From positions 1-64,000 of the IMG/VR virus record IMGVR_UViG_3300028888_000072: DNA of 64,000 nucleotides; one strand, written 5' to 3'. Every line of letters starts with the position of its first letter. Positions within the stretch are counted from its first letter, which is position 1. Source of the DNA: an uncultured virus (IMG/VR IMGVR_UViG_3300028888_000072) (lineage: Duplodnaviria > Heunggongvirae > Uroviricota > Caudoviricetes). A program made the position numbers and the translations under genes. Below the pieces are notes generated by a model that made no database searches, had not been told where the DNA came from, and saw only the letters and a program-made list of their open reading frames with translations. Of this stretch, positions 29,035 to 40,196 are shown in pieces.

Positions 29035-31100
29035 TATTGTATTTTAGTAGGTGTATATTTAGGATTAGAATAATAGTTATTATATCCTGATGTCTTTCCA
29101 ACTTTAATTAAATTTAACGATTGTTCTATAATTCTATTTGCTTTTGAATATTCATATTCTATGCCATCTATATAGTAAAGACCAGATAATTTTTGATTAG
29201 CTACCTGTAATCCTTCTTGGTTTACCATTTCATCATCAGTTGGACCAGGTTCAGAATGATAATCCATTTTTTTTCTTTCAAAACTTTGATCTCCTTCAAG
29301 GTTTTCTGGTTGTGATATCATTATTTCTTTATTTACTGCATCCTGTTCCCATATCATAACTTCAACCAATGTACCTCGTTGCAAACCTAAATTAACTTTT
29401 TCCATTGTAACTCTAAATACTGATTGACGTATCTTTCTAAAGAAATGTTGTCTTATTATTTTTTGACTATTAAGATTGTGCCCATCTTCATTAAAGTTAA
29501 ATACAGGTATTGGTCTATTTGAACCAGTTTCATAGTCTTCTATATGTTCACCATCAACAGAATCTTGTTTTGTTGTAATATCAGTTGTTTCTAATATTGT
29601 AACATTATTTTGCCAACTAATATTATAGATTCTTTCAAGTGTTCCTCTATGAACTATATTATTATTTACACTTATTTTATATGATTGAATAAATAAATTA
29701 TTATCTGTATTTAATTGATTGAAATTTGTTAATAATCTAGGAACTTTTATAGGATGAGCTTCAGGAGTATCCCAGCTTGTTCCATTAAATCCAATATTTG
29801 AAACAATTGATAATTCGTTATGATTTGGTGATTCTGAAAATAACCATGATAGGTTAACTAATATGATATAATTATATGGATCTATCCATGCATCCATTAT
29901 GCTATCTTCATCAACTCCAGAATATAGCATTTGCTGTTTAATATATTGGTCATATCGTTGTGTAAATATATTACGATATATTCTATCTTCAATATTTTTT
30001 GTTTCTTTTGTTGCTGCAAAACCTAATCCTGTATTTTTTGCTATTTTCCAAAGCATCTCCCAAGTTGTTGCTTTATAATTATCTTTATAAATAAGTCCAG
30101 TATTTACGTTACGAAGTGAATCTAAATCATATGTTCCATAATATGTTACTTTTCTATGATCATAAGGACTAACCTTCATATCATAGATTCTAAAATTCAT
30201 TTTTATCTTCTTATATACTTTATCTACCGCTGATGTTATAACAACACGAATAGATCCACTCATTTGTGATGTACTAATCTTAATTTCTTGTTGGTGTTCA
30301 TCATGTACAGTTATTACTAATTCTGGTAAAAAATCAGTAAACTGCATTTTCATATATTCAATATCAAAATTCGATATATTACGTTCATTAATAACAACTA
30401 ATGGATATTGTATGCCATCTAATCTTAAACTATCATTAGTGTTATTTTGAGAAGCATTCATACCTTCTGGTGTTTTTTCATTATTATAGCTATGAGATAT
30501 ATAAGGAGTTACAACATTTGCAAAACTTTTAATAGGATCAAATACTACCTTTGGGTCTGTATAATTTTCATTACTAAATTCTTTTGTTAGATGATTAGAA
30601 TCTTCTGAACCTTCTTCATGGTTCTTTTGTGTTGTGTCTTCCTTTTTAGTTTCATCAGTAACTTTTTTCTCTTCAGTAGTTTCTTTTTTCTCTTCAGTAG
30701 TTTCTTTTTTCTCTTCAGTAGTTTCTTCCTTTTTTGTTTTATATTCTCCACTTCTTTCAGAAATTTCTTTGTTTACATCATTTAATTGGTCCTTTTCAAA
30801 TTGTAAATCATCTTTTAAATTTTGCAAATCTTGAGTACCAATTTCAATATCTTCTTTTAGATTATTAATTTGTTGTCCTAATTCATTAAATCTATCAATA
30901 TCACTTGAAGTTATATCACCACTTATGATATTTTTTTCAAGTGCTGCATATTCTGTATTAAGACTTTCTAATTGAGCCTTGTTTGAATTTAATTTAGATT
31001 GTACTGAAGCAATTTGGTTTTCATGTGATTTTATATCTGTTTCCCTTAATTGTTTTTCAGTATTTAATTGATCTGATGTAAGATAAGAAAAATTTCCCAT
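29034..31100 (-). CDS. Putative baseplate hub-type protein with N-terminal coiled coil
   Basis: Follows the gp53-like gene; C-terminal LSGLYYIDGIEYEY resembles gp27/gpD-like hub ends. Confidence 0.55.
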   Translation of the reverse strand: MGNFSYLTSDQLNTEKQLRETDIKSHENQIASVQSKLNSNKAQLESLNTEYAALEKNIISGDITSSDIDRFNELGQQINNLKEDIEIGTQDLQNLKDDLQFEKDQLNDVNKEISERSGEYKTKKEETTEEKKETTEEKKETTEEKKVTDETKKEDTTQKNHEEGSEDSNHLTKEFSNENYTDPKVVFDPIKSFANVVTPYISHSYNNEKTPEGMNASQNNTNDSLRLDGIQYPLVVINERNISNFDIEYMKMQFTDFLPELVITVHDEHQQEIKISTSQMSGSIRVVITSAVDKVYKKIKMNFRIYDMKVSPYDHRKVTYYGTYDLDSLRNVNTGLIYKDNYKATTWEMLWKIAKNTGLGFAATKETKNIEDRIYRNIFTQRYDQYIKQQMLYSGVDEDSIMDAWIDPYNYIILVNLSWLFSESPNHNELSIVSNIGFNGTSWDTPEAHPIKVPRLLTNFNQLNTDNNLFIQSYKISVNNNIVHRGTLERIYNISWQNNVTILETTDITTKQDSVDGEHIEDYETGSNRPIPVFNFNEDGHNLNSQKIIRQHFFRKIRQSVFRVTMEKVNLGLQRGTLVEVMIWEQDAVNKEIMISQPENLEGDQSFERKKMDYHSEPGPTDDEMVNQEGLQVANQKLSGLYYIDGIEYEYSKANRIIEQSLNLIKVGKTSGYNNYYSNPKYTPTKIQ
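30655..30727 (-). repeat. 21-bp coding tandem repeat (KKETTEE, about 3.5 copies)
   Basis: ctcttcagtagtttctttttt repeated on the + strand. Confidence 0.9.
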
Positions 31101-31113
31101 ATTAACTTATAAT

Positions 31114-31575
31114 TTAATAAAAAACAACTCCTAATGATTTGTCTATAATATAATTGTTATCTCCTAAAGTCTGTTCATTTGGTGAACGTAATTCATTCTT
31201 TTTCTTTTGATAATTATTTGTATCCTTTAATTCAATAGTATCTGTTTTAGGATCATTAATGAAGTCTGAATTAATTTTACTTGCTTTTACGCATTCATTT
31301 ATATAATCAATATTTGGAATGAAAATCATATCATCTTCATTAAGTTCAAATGGATTACTTATGCCATTTACTTTACATATAATGTCTCCATATCTATCAT
31401 CACCGTAAACCGCTAATGAAACTAAATCAGGACGGGCCACATAATATTCATTTATAATAATTGGATAACCTGTTATTAAAATGTCTTTATTAAATACGTC
31501 CCCCAATAAATCAAAATATTCCTCATTATTTCTTGTTATAGTTGGTTTATAATTAATTATTTTATAGTTTAACAT
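31114..31575 (-). CDS. Baseplate wedge protein (T4 gp53-like, LysM-like)
   Basis: RPDLVSLAVYGDDRYGDIICKVNGISNPF; ATG at 31575 preferred over TTG at 31587. Confidence 0.8.
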   Translation of the reverse strand: MLNYKIINYKPTITRNNEEYFDLLGDVFNKDILITGYPIIINEYYVARPDLVSLAVYGDDRYGDIICKVNGISNPFELNEDDMIFIPNIDYINECVKASKINSDFINDPKTDTIELKDTNNYQKKKNELRSPNEQTLGDNNYIIDKSLGVVFY

Positions 31576-31607
31576 TATATTAAGCAATCATTATATTTAA
31601 TTAAAAA

Positions 31608-31639
31608 TAAAAATAGGTAACAATATTGCTACCTATTTT
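31608..31639 (-). terminator. Near-perfect palindromic terminator
   Basis: aaaaataggtaacaat/attgctacctattttt; the single mismatch is G-U on the - strand. Confidence 0.65.
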
Positions 31640-31662
31640 AAAGTTTATTATCATTATATATG

Positions 31663-32412
31663 TTATACGCCTCTTACCCAAACGGTTTTTGCATTGCCTT
31701 CATCCAATCTTAAGTAATTGATTTCTCCATAACCATTTGGTGGAACAACTACTACTAAATTTTCAGAACCTGTAGGAACTTTCATTACAGCACCACCAGA
31801 AATTTCTGTTGTAGCTATTTGAGCACCATTTGTAAATGTTATTTCATACTCATTAGTTGAACTTGTATTCTTATATATAACATCCCAAATTTCATAATTT
31901 TCAAATGAGCTATCACCAGGTGTTGGGTTTGAAATATTTGAATTTATATTAACGACCTTAACCTTAGATCTTGTTATTCTATTTGAAATGTTGTTTTCTA
32001 CAACAACCTTTTCATATACAGTTGAAACAACATTATTGAATATCAATAAGAATTCTGGTGTTGTACTAATAATTGCATTTGCACCAGTTGCCCAGTTTCC
32101 TTTTTCAATTTCTGCACCATTCCAGTTAATCCACATCATTGATAAAAGTTTGTTCATTTGGTCAAATCCTTTTTTTACATCAGCATCCTGTGAATTCAAT
32201 GCTTCTAATGCATTTGTAATATATCTCTTACCAACAACGTTCATAATGGAACCTGCTACTGGTTGTGCAATACCTTTACCTGTTTTTTCATCATAACTTG
32301 CATATGAAAAATCATGAAATTTTATACCACATATCTCTTTATAATCTGTATCAAACAATTTAGCATTGTTTTTATACTGGTTGTCAAAACTATGATTAAT
32401 AATTGTATTCAT
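31663..32412 (-). CDS. Putative virion protein
   Basis: 249 aa; INWNGA motif also in the collagen fibre N-terminus (IDWNGA). Confidence 0.7.
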   Translation of the reverse strand: MNTIINHSFDNQYKNNAKLFDTDYKEICGIKFHDFSYASYDEKTGKGIAQPVAGSIMNVVGKRYITNALEALNSQDADVKKGFDQMNKLLSMMWINWNGAEIEKGNWATGANAIISTTPEFLLIFNNVVSTVYEKVVVENNISNRITRSKVKVVNINSNISNPTPGDSSFENYEIWDVIYKNTSSTNEYEITFTNGAQIATTEISGGAVMKVPTGSENLVVVVPPNGYGEINYLRLDEGNAKTVWVRGV

Positions 32413-32432
32413 AATTTATTTTATTAATTAAT

Positions 32433-35066
32433 TTATGTATTTGCTTTATAATATAATTTATAGTTAAAACCTTCCAAAAGACCAAACATGAATTCTTGTG
32501 GAACTACTGTCATATTATATGTATCTTTTGCAAATGTACATTGTGGCAATATAACAGTGTTATCTTTCTTTGTTGTTTTAAATGCATCTTCCCATGTTAT
32601 TCCAACTGGTGAAATTATTAAATAAGATGTTCTTGTACTATCAGTCATATCTGCTGCATTAGCAGTCATTATTAATCTTACGTCAGAGAAACCCCATAAT
32701 GGATTATCATCTCCTCTACGAATAACATCATCTTTTAATCCTATATTAATCCACCCACCTTTATAGAATGTAAAGTCTCCATCAACGTGATCTGGTACTG
32801 ATATAACACCATCTGTATTTGGACCTAGCCATGCAGGATCTACACCATTATTAGGAATTACATTATTACCATCGTTTTCACCAGGTATAGATGGCAATGT
32901 AATATGATGATTATTAAGTGTATATGTTCCAGCTGGTATTGTATGTTGAACTGTTCCATTTTCTGTCCAATCAATTGGTCCAATATAAACATACCAATTA
33001 ATTACTAATTTGTTAACAATAATAGATATGTAATCAGTTGAAATCTTATTCTCATATTTTAATTTTGCAATAACTGTATTGTCTTGTTCTCTTGCATCAT
33101 CAGATTGATAATTAATTTTACTATTACCTGTATCAACAGTTAAATGATTATTTTCTAACAATGCAGAACCTTCTAATCCAATTATTATATTATCTCTAAG
33201 AGTATTTAAGCTTTCTCTATATCCCCATTTAAATCCATCTATAACTTGTCCTTTACTATATATAAATTCAATAGGAGTTCCTGAGCGTTTAATAATATGA
33301 GCAATTGTACCAGAAGCAATTTGTGCTTCTTCAAATGCTATTGAATTAACACCATTAGATGCAATACGTATTTCTGTTAATGTATCTGCTTTAATATACT
33401 TATTATGAGAAGTATTATCAGTATATCCATGATATGAATATGTAACACATATATAATCTTGTGTCTTATTAGTTTCTCCAGCTAATAATCTAGTTGTCTT
33501 AATCCAAGGAGTAACAATAGATACACCGCTTCCTAAAGTAATTGTACTAGGTAAATTAACTGTTGAAGGTTCATAATTATTAGCATCAGATACTAATGTC
33601 ATACCAACCGAAATGCCACTATCATTTGATTGTATTTCACGTTTCTTTACAATAGATCTATTTAAATCTGTAAATAATGCATAAACTTCATGTGTATTAA
33701 ATCCTAATTGATCACCAGATGTAACAAGACCATAAGGTGTCCATGGATTACTATTCAATTCTAATCCATAATAGATATATTGATTAATTTTATATTCTAA
33801 ACTTTCATATTGAATGGTTGATGAATTACCATAGTTATCTCTGTTTTTTATTCTAAAGCTAATAGGAGTAGTTTTTAATGATTCTGCTAATGTACTTCCA
33901 TAAGTAAATTTACTTGGACATGCAACATAGAATGTAAAAGTATCAGATACATCATTACTTATACTATTATAAATTAATGCTGCATTTGTATTAATGAAAT
34001 CATCTTCAAAATTATTTAATGATAACTGTAATGGTCTTACATTACTTGGTGTCATTTTAACAACACATGTTGCTATATCTGAAGGCATTACATAGAAAGG
34101 ATTATCATTATCATTAATTTCAATATCGTTAATAAATAATTTAAATGATAATGGATTAATCCAACCAGTATTATAAATTACATTCATTGGACTAAATACA
34201 TCTTTCAATCCGACAAATGAGAATGATACTTGAGTAGCAGATGTTGCATTTTCTTTAAGTTGTAATTCATACATTACATCAGTATATGCATATTCGCTGT
34301 TTGGATTAAATCTACATGTATATTTTCCAATAACCTGTTTTTTAGATTCCTTTTCTGAACTATTACCATCTAAAATATTTTCAAGTTTCTGTTCTGCATA
34401 TTCTGGAGTTCCTATTATTTCTATTTTTTCATTATTATTTGAAATAATATCAAATGATTGAACTGGAACTGTACTTAATCCTTGAGCATCACGTGCAAAG
34501 TATCTAATAATGAAATATAATTTATTATCAACAGAATCTATAGTATCAAATAAGAAACTTTCATTACTGTTATTATATGATAATTCATCATAACTCATTT
34601 CATCGTCTTCCCATTCAGCCATTGTAATATTATCAACACGATGCGCATCAATATCTGCTGTTATATCAGACTTATTTATGAATGTTCTCCAACTATTATC
34701 TTTTTTCTTATATGTTATTCCTATTAACTTATAATCTTCAATTTTCTGAACTGTTTTAATTCCAAGAAGTCCAGTATCAGAGTCAAATGTTAATTTTATT
34801 GAATATGTATCCATTCCAATATTATCCATTTCAGGATCCACATTTATGAATTTTGTTAAACGATGACCACCTTTCCACATATTTGAAGAAGCACCATTAA
34901 TATTGGCTTGAGTAATTCCTTTTGGTCCATCTTCATTATCATCTGTTACAAAAACACAAAATGGATATTTTTCAGATAATCTTTTTGCTTCCTCTTCATT
35001 AGGAATATTATCTACAAATATTATTTTCTGAAATAAAGATATGTCATTATTATTTTGACTTCCCAT
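32433..35066 (-). CDS. Large putative virion/fibre protein
   Basis: 877 aa, beta-rich; C-terminal domain shared with 49231-50022 and 58940-60892. Confidence 0.7.
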   Translation of the reverse strand: MGSQNNNDISLFQKIIFVDNIPNEEEAKRLSEKYPFCVFVTDDNEDGPKGITQANINGASSNMWKGGHRLTKFINVDPEMDNIGMDTYSIKLTFDSDTGLLGIKTVQKIEDYKLIGITYKKKDNSWRTFINKSDITADIDAHRVDNITMAEWEDDEMSYDELSYNNSNESFLFDTIDSVDNKLYFIIRYFARDAQGLSTVPVQSFDIISNNNEKIEIIGTPEYAEQKLENILDGNSSEKESKKQVIGKYTCRFNPNSEYAYTDVMYELQLKENATSATQVSFSFVGLKDVFSPMNVIYNTGWINPLSFKLFINDIEINDNDNPFYVMPSDIATCVVKMTPSNVRPLQLSLNNFEDDFINTNAALIYNSISNDVSDTFTFYVACPSKFTYGSTLAESLKTTPISFRIKNRDNYGNSSTIQYESLEYKINQYIYYGLELNSNPWTPYGLVTSGDQLGFNTHEVYALFTDLNRSIVKKREIQSNDSGISVGMTLVSDANNYEPSTVNLPSTITLGSGVSIVTPWIKTTRLLAGETNKTQDYICVTYSYHGYTDNTSHNKYIKADTLTEIRIASNGVNSIAFEEAQIASGTIAHIIKRSGTPIEFIYSKGQVIDGFKWGYRESLNTLRDNIIIGLEGSALLENNHLTVDTGNSKINYQSDDAREQDNTVIAKLKYENKISTDYISIIVNKLVINWYVYIGPIDWTENGTVQHTIPAGTYTLNNHHITLPSIPGENDGNNVIPNNGVDPAWLGPNTDGVISVPDHVDGDFTFYKGGWINIGLKDDVIRRGDDNPLWGFSDVRLIMTANAADMTDSTRTSYLIISPVGITWEDAFKTTKKDNTVILPQCTFAKDTYNMTVVPQEFMFGLLEGFNYKLYYKANT

Positions 35067-35108
35067 ATTATATTATACTTTTATATATATATTTAATAAT
35101 ATTATTTT

Positions 35109-36692
35109 TTATGAACTTATGTTTGTTATACCTCTTCCATAACATCTACTAATTTCACTTTCAAGAGCATTAATATTTGATTCTTCATCTTCTTCAAGAT
35201 TCTTATAGCTTATCCAATACATTCTATTAAAGTCTTCATTATTAAGTAATTCCCAAGTTGCAGGTTCAATGATTTCAATATCACTGCCTCCATCATGCAA
35301 ATCAGTATTGAATTCACCATTTAACATAAATAATCTTAAATGAAGCTTTCCTGTATCAGTTAACGTTACATTTGTTTCTGAAGATATTTGCAATTGATAC
35401 ATATTATATTGAATATAAAATATATGTTCAGACCCATTAATATCACATCTATTATAAGATAAAGTAATTGGTTGAGAATTACTTAAATGCTTTAATACGC
35501 CAACTGCACCAGTCCAATTATAATCACTGGCATGTGTATATTCAGTAGTATTTGTTATATAATGAACTGCATGTATTGCACATGATACTGGTACAAAAAT
35601 ATGTATTTTCTTTATATTCTTTCTATCTATATCAATGTATATATCATTAACATCACCTTTATTAAGATTCTTAAGTTCTATTTCTCCTTTGTTTTGATCT
35701 GTGGAAGTTCTATTTTCTAAAGTATGTTTAATTTCATTTATATCCGTTGATTCGCTTTCCAAATAATATCTTATTGATAATGTAGGATGAATCCATAAAG
35801 GATCAATATATATGCTATGATCTCGAATAATATTTTCTAATGAATATAATTCAAATGATTCTCCTTCAGTTAATTCTAATTCAGGATAAGGCTTATATTG
35901 TTCTTTTGTTGTTTCTGCAATATCTATTCTTACATTATTAATTAATTTAACATCTTGGTAAAAATCTACAACAAATGGATCCACAAATTCATGTGATATG
36001 ATTAAACTTTTCTGTTTTGCTAAATTCTGCCATTGAACGTTACTAATTGAACTGGTTTGCACGTTTCCTTCAATAGCAGCTTCTGAATCTGGATAATATG
36101 ATGTATAAATATGATTAATACCACCACAATCATTTAACTCACAATGTAATGTATATGATACTTTTCTAATTATTGTTCCTAATGGAAAATCAATTATATT
36201 TTGATCTGCGGGAATAATTATAGTCTTATTGTTATTATAAGTGATTGTTTTAGATATGCTTGTTATTTCAAAATCTTTATATTCTGCTGTCTTACCGTGG
36301 AAGAATAATTCATTCAATAATGCTTCAGTACCATTTTTATCTTTTACATAGATAACAGGCTTATAATCATCAAGCATATCTTGAACATTCTGTACAATAT
36401 TATTTAATGCTTCTTCAAGTTCTTCTAACTTATTATTTATTGATTCATTATTTGAAGCATATTTATTTATAATATCTACAGCAGAATTCAATTCTTCTTG
36501 TGTCTTAAATCCATATCCTGATGCAATAAATTCATCTCCAAGATATAAAAAGTTATATCCTGAATTCTGATATATAATTACAGCACCATGATCTTTAAGT
36601 ACACGCATAGTACTTGGTCTTTTTGTTACTATGCATTTAAGATATTTTTCATTAAATCTACTTAAATCAGTTGATTGTCTATTTTCACTCAT
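35109..36692 (-). CDS. Putative structural protein
   Basis: 527-aa ORF in the - strand structural operon. Confidence 0.7.
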   Translation of the reverse strand: MSENRQSTDLSRFNEKYLKCIVTKRPSTMRVLKDHGAVIIYQNSGYNFLYLGDEFIASGYGFKTQEELNSAVDIINKYASNNESINNKLEELEEALNNIVQNVQDMLDDYKPVIYVKDKNGTEALLNELFFHGKTAEYKDFEITSISKTITYNNNKTIIIPADQNIIDFPLGTIIRKVSYTLHCELNDCGGINHIYTSYYPDSEAAIEGNVQTSSISNVQWQNLAKQKSLIISHEFVDPFVVDFYQDVKLINNVRIDIAETTKEQYKPYPELELTEGESFELYSLENIIRDHSIYIDPLWIHPTLSIRYYLESESTDINEIKHTLENRTSTDQNKGEIELKNLNKGDVNDIYIDIDRKNIKKIHIFVPVSCAIHAVHYITNTTEYTHASDYNWTGAVGVLKHLSNSQPITLSYNRCDINGSEHIFYIQYNMYQLQISSETNVTLTDTGKLHLRLFMLNGEFNTDLHDGGSDIEIIEPATWELLNNEDFNRMYWISYKNLEEDEESNINALESEISRCYGRGITNISS

Positions 36693-36714
36693 TTTGATTC
36701 AATTTTATTTAATT

Positions 36715-39700
36715 TTATGCTTCAGTCAATTCATCATTTAATTGTAATCCCATTCCCTTTATAGAAGAGTTAGATTGTGTATAATCGTATTTAGCAGTAA
36801 TACTAATCATATAATGTTCAATGTCTCTTATTAATGATGTCTTTAAATCAAAAGCAATAGTTTTTGTTATTTCTGATTTTGAAGACGTTTCTGATGATGA
36901 TAAGAAATATTCAAATAATAAAGGAACTGAAACGCTCTTGCCAACATCTAATAGCATATATTGATTCTTCTCTTTAGTATTGCATAATACTTGTGTCTTA
37001 TCTAATAATTCAGGAATAAAAAATGCTCCATTATAATAACGTATTTCCTTTTTATTCAATGATTGATTATCACAGAATGTACTCAACGAAGTCTTATCAT
37101 TCATATAAACAAGAGATTCACCTTGTGGAGTATATGATAAGTTTTCATATTTTAATATGTATTCATTATCAGACATATCTGCATTATTATAAATATAGAA
37201 GTTATTTACTGTATTATAATCATATGTTTCTGAGTCTGTTAATATTGATTTAGAATATATAGGATCACTATTTGATGTGCTAAAATCTAAGAATCCCATA
37301 GGATTTGATAATAACATCTTTTCTTCTTCACGTTGTCTGAAACTTAATAATGCTTGTTTATTATCTACATTAATATAGTTTTGCAATATTCCAATGAATG
37401 AAGGTTTCTTACCTTGATAAATTTGACTCATATCTTCTTGACGTTGAGTTAAATTATCTAAGTATAATGATTCTTGTGTATATGGATTTGTCTGTCTGAA
37501 ATAAATCCATTGGCCAAGATATTGTGGCATAATGCATTCTGATGGAATAGATGAACCTTCTTTAAGCATAGGTACTCTTTCATAAGTGCCTATTAACTTA
37601 TTATAATAGGTATTATCAGATTCTATCAAAGGCGTATCAATATTTCCTGGGAATATACTATACAACTTAATAGGTACCTCACCAGTATTCTTAATGATAA
37701 GATTGATCTTTTTCTTAATGAATGTATCTGTTGTACCGTTTACCAATTCATTTATAACGATGTTATTTGTTGTAAGATTTGACATTTCAAGAGAACTATT
37801 ATCCCATTCAACATATACTGCGTATTTCATTCCTAATTCATTATTTATAGCAGTTTTATATTCTGTCAAATCTTTGTTCATTGCTATAAGCTTATCCTTT
37901 AAAGATATCATTCTATTTTCAGAAGTATTAAATCCTGAGTAAATGTTTTCAGGCATATGATAGAATACTTGCGAATTATCAATGATCTTATTATTTACAT
38001 GATCACTATAACCATCTTTTATTAATGTTCTAAGGAATTTAGAATTATTTACATCTTCATTATTTGTATCTAATATTGATGTTATTTCATTTGTTTCAGT
38101 ATATTCAACTGGGAACTGAACTGTTATCTCAGAAGACCATGGTGTATAAAGATTAATAAATGGTTGACCAATATTAAGTTTATATCTTATACGAATTACA
38201 ACGTCTTCACCTTGGTTAATTGGAATATCTATCTGATTCCATTTGATAACATTTGATACTGTATTATAATTTGAGAATACAATTTCGTAACTATTATTAG
38301 TTTGATTAAATTTAAGATATCTTTCTCTTTCAATATTATTGCATTTATTCCAATCACTAAATATAATATCTGATGCACTTTGAATAGATGTAGTATCTTT
38401 TGATATTGACTTATATTTATATTCAACATCTAATCCAATAAAATTGCATTCATATCCAAAATTCTGATGAATATAACTTACAATAGGAGATTCTGTTGCT
38501 GAATCATATTTGTCACTTGCATCAGTTACGCCTCTTACTCTATATTTTGCTTTTTCTAGTCCTTGTGCATCATTCTTAATTTGATTAATGTTATCAATTA
38601 TATTCAATAATTGATTTTCTAATGTTACTCTTTCATTATAATAAATATTAAGTTTTTCTCTTAATGATTCTTGAGATACAACTGATTCTTGTGAGAAATC
38701 TGTTGTAGTCAATTGCGTATAAACCTGGTCAACATTATCTTGTATAGCTCTTAATTGTGCGTTAATTTCATTTTTTTGCTCATGCAATTTAATAATGTTT
38801 TCAGACGTATCATCATCAATCAAGTGCTTATTGATACGTGTGACTTTAACCACAGGATCATCTTCAATATACATAGAATTTGTAACCTGTGAACGCATCT
38901 CTTCACTGTCAGTAAGTTTTCTTAATTCTTCTGAGGTATAATTTGATGTCTGAGGATATGATAATTCAGTAAAACCAATCATCATATCACCAATATTCTT
39001 ACAATACTTCTTATAATATTGTATGTATGTTATCTTATTGCCAGATTCATCATATATAAGATTACCATTTGCATCTTTCATATAAATGTTATTAAGATTT
39101 AAATGAATAGCATTTGATAAATCACTTTTTACATTATTATATATTGAGCCAATGAATATGATAATATTTTGATTTTCTTCTAATGGAATATCAACATAAT
39201 GGTATTTATCGTATGAATTTGTATAAAGTTCAAATACCATTTCTGAATTCTGTTCATATGTCTGTAAAGCAACATGACCAATTGATTCTTCTAATATAAC
39301 AATATGATCGTTTAAATCATTAATATTTGAAGAATTTTCAATTGTCTGAACATCAATAACTTTATATACTACATATGTGTTAGGCAAGCATAAATAATCA
39401 CCTTTCTTTAATATATATGATATTGATGAATCTTCTTTATCATAATATTGTATTGTGTTTAAACGTACTGTATATCTTAATGCACCTAATGAATTATCAA
39501 TATCTGAGTAATATGGATTTTCTGATTCATTAGGTAATTCTTCTATAATAAAATGCCCATAGAATTTATCTTCTTTCAAAGGTAAATTTAAAATACTATC
39601 GTATTCATCATAATCAGTTCCTTTAATACGATTAAATAATGCATTCTTAACATCTGTATATGTTGTAAACGTCTTAAGATATTCCGCATCACTTTCACTA

Positions 39701-40182
39701 TTTATTACAATCTTTTTCATATACATCTGATTTATATTATCAGATATATTTGAAAGATTGAGACGAACATATGTCTTAGGATTAACTAAATCTTTAAATA
39801 TATTATTGTCCTTAATATTAAATCCTAAATTATCAATATTAGATACAGAAGGAGTTACAGGAGAATTATTAGATTTTACTAAAGATAACTTATACATATC
39901 TGATGACTTATGAAACCATGCTTCACCAGATTTTGGAATTTCAAATAAATTAGATATGATATTATCTAATTGTTCAAGTTTGTTTTCCAAATATATAAAT
40001 GATGGAATTCTAACTACAGAAGTAGTATCATCTCCATTAACGATGCTTACTGTAATTTCAGAAGATGATGTTGATAAAGCTTGATTAATCGCATTAATCA
40101 TGCTTACTGCATTATTCATCATCTTCTCAATATTAATGTAATATTCTTTTAATGTATTTGATGTGTTTGATATTTCATTCAT
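36715..40182 (-). CDS. Large putative structural protein
   Basis: 1155-aa ORF with an internal coiled coil. Confidence 0.75.
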   Translation of the reverse strand: MNEISNTSNTLKEYYINIEKMMNNAVSMINAINQALSTSSSEITVSIVNGDDTTSVVRIPSFIYLENKLEQLDNIISNLFEIPKSGEAWFHKSSDMYKLSLVKSNNSPVTPSVSNIDNLGFNIKDNNIFKDLVNPKTYVRLNLSNISDNINQMYMKKIVINSESDAEYLKTFTTYTDVKNALFNRIKGTDYDEYDSILNLPLKEDKFYGHFIIEELPNESENPYYSDIDNSLGALRYTVRLNTIQYYDKEDSSISYILKKGDYLCLPNTYVVYKVIDVQTIENSSNINDLNDHIVILEESIGHVALQTYEQNSEMVFELYTNSYDKYHYVDIPLEENQNIIIFIGSIYNNVKSDLSNAIHLNLNNIYMKDANGNLIYDESGNKITYIQYYKKYCKNIGDMMIGFTELSYPQTSNYTSEELRKLTDSEEMRSQVTNSMYIEDDPVVKVTRINKHLIDDDTSENIIKLHEQKNEINAQLRAIQDNVDQVYTQLTTTDFSQESVVSQESLREKLNIYYNERVTLENQLLNIIDNINQIKNDAQGLEKAKYRVRGVTDASDKYDSATESPIVSYIHQNFGYECNFIGLDVEYKYKSISKDTTSIQSASDIIFSDWNKCNNIERERYLKFNQTNNSYEIVFSNYNTVSNVIKWNQIDIPINQGEDVVIRIRYKLNIGQPFINLYTPWSSEITVQFPVEYTETNEITSILDTNNEDVNNSKFLRTLIKDGYSDHVNNKIIDNSQVFYHMPENIYSGFNTSENRMISLKDKLIAMNKDLTEYKTAINNELGMKYAVYVEWDNSSLEMSNLTTNNIVINELVNGTTDTFIKKKINLIIKNTGEVPIKLYSIFPGNIDTPLIESDNTYYNKLIGTYERVPMLKEGSSIPSECIMPQYLGQWIYFRQTNPYTQESLYLDNLTQRQEDMSQIYQGKKPSFIGILQNYINVDNKQALLSFRQREEEKMLLSNPMGFLDFSTSNSDPIYSKSILTDSETYDYNTVNNFYIYNNADMSDNEYILKYENLSYTPQGESLVYMNDKTSLSTFCDNQSLNKKEIRYYNGAFFIPELLDKTQVLCNTKEKNQYMLLDVGKSVSVPLLFEYFLSSSETSSKSEITKTIAFDLKTSLIRDIEHYMISITAKYDYTQSNSSIKGMGLQLNDELTEA

Positions 40183-40196
40183 AAAAGTAATCTAAT

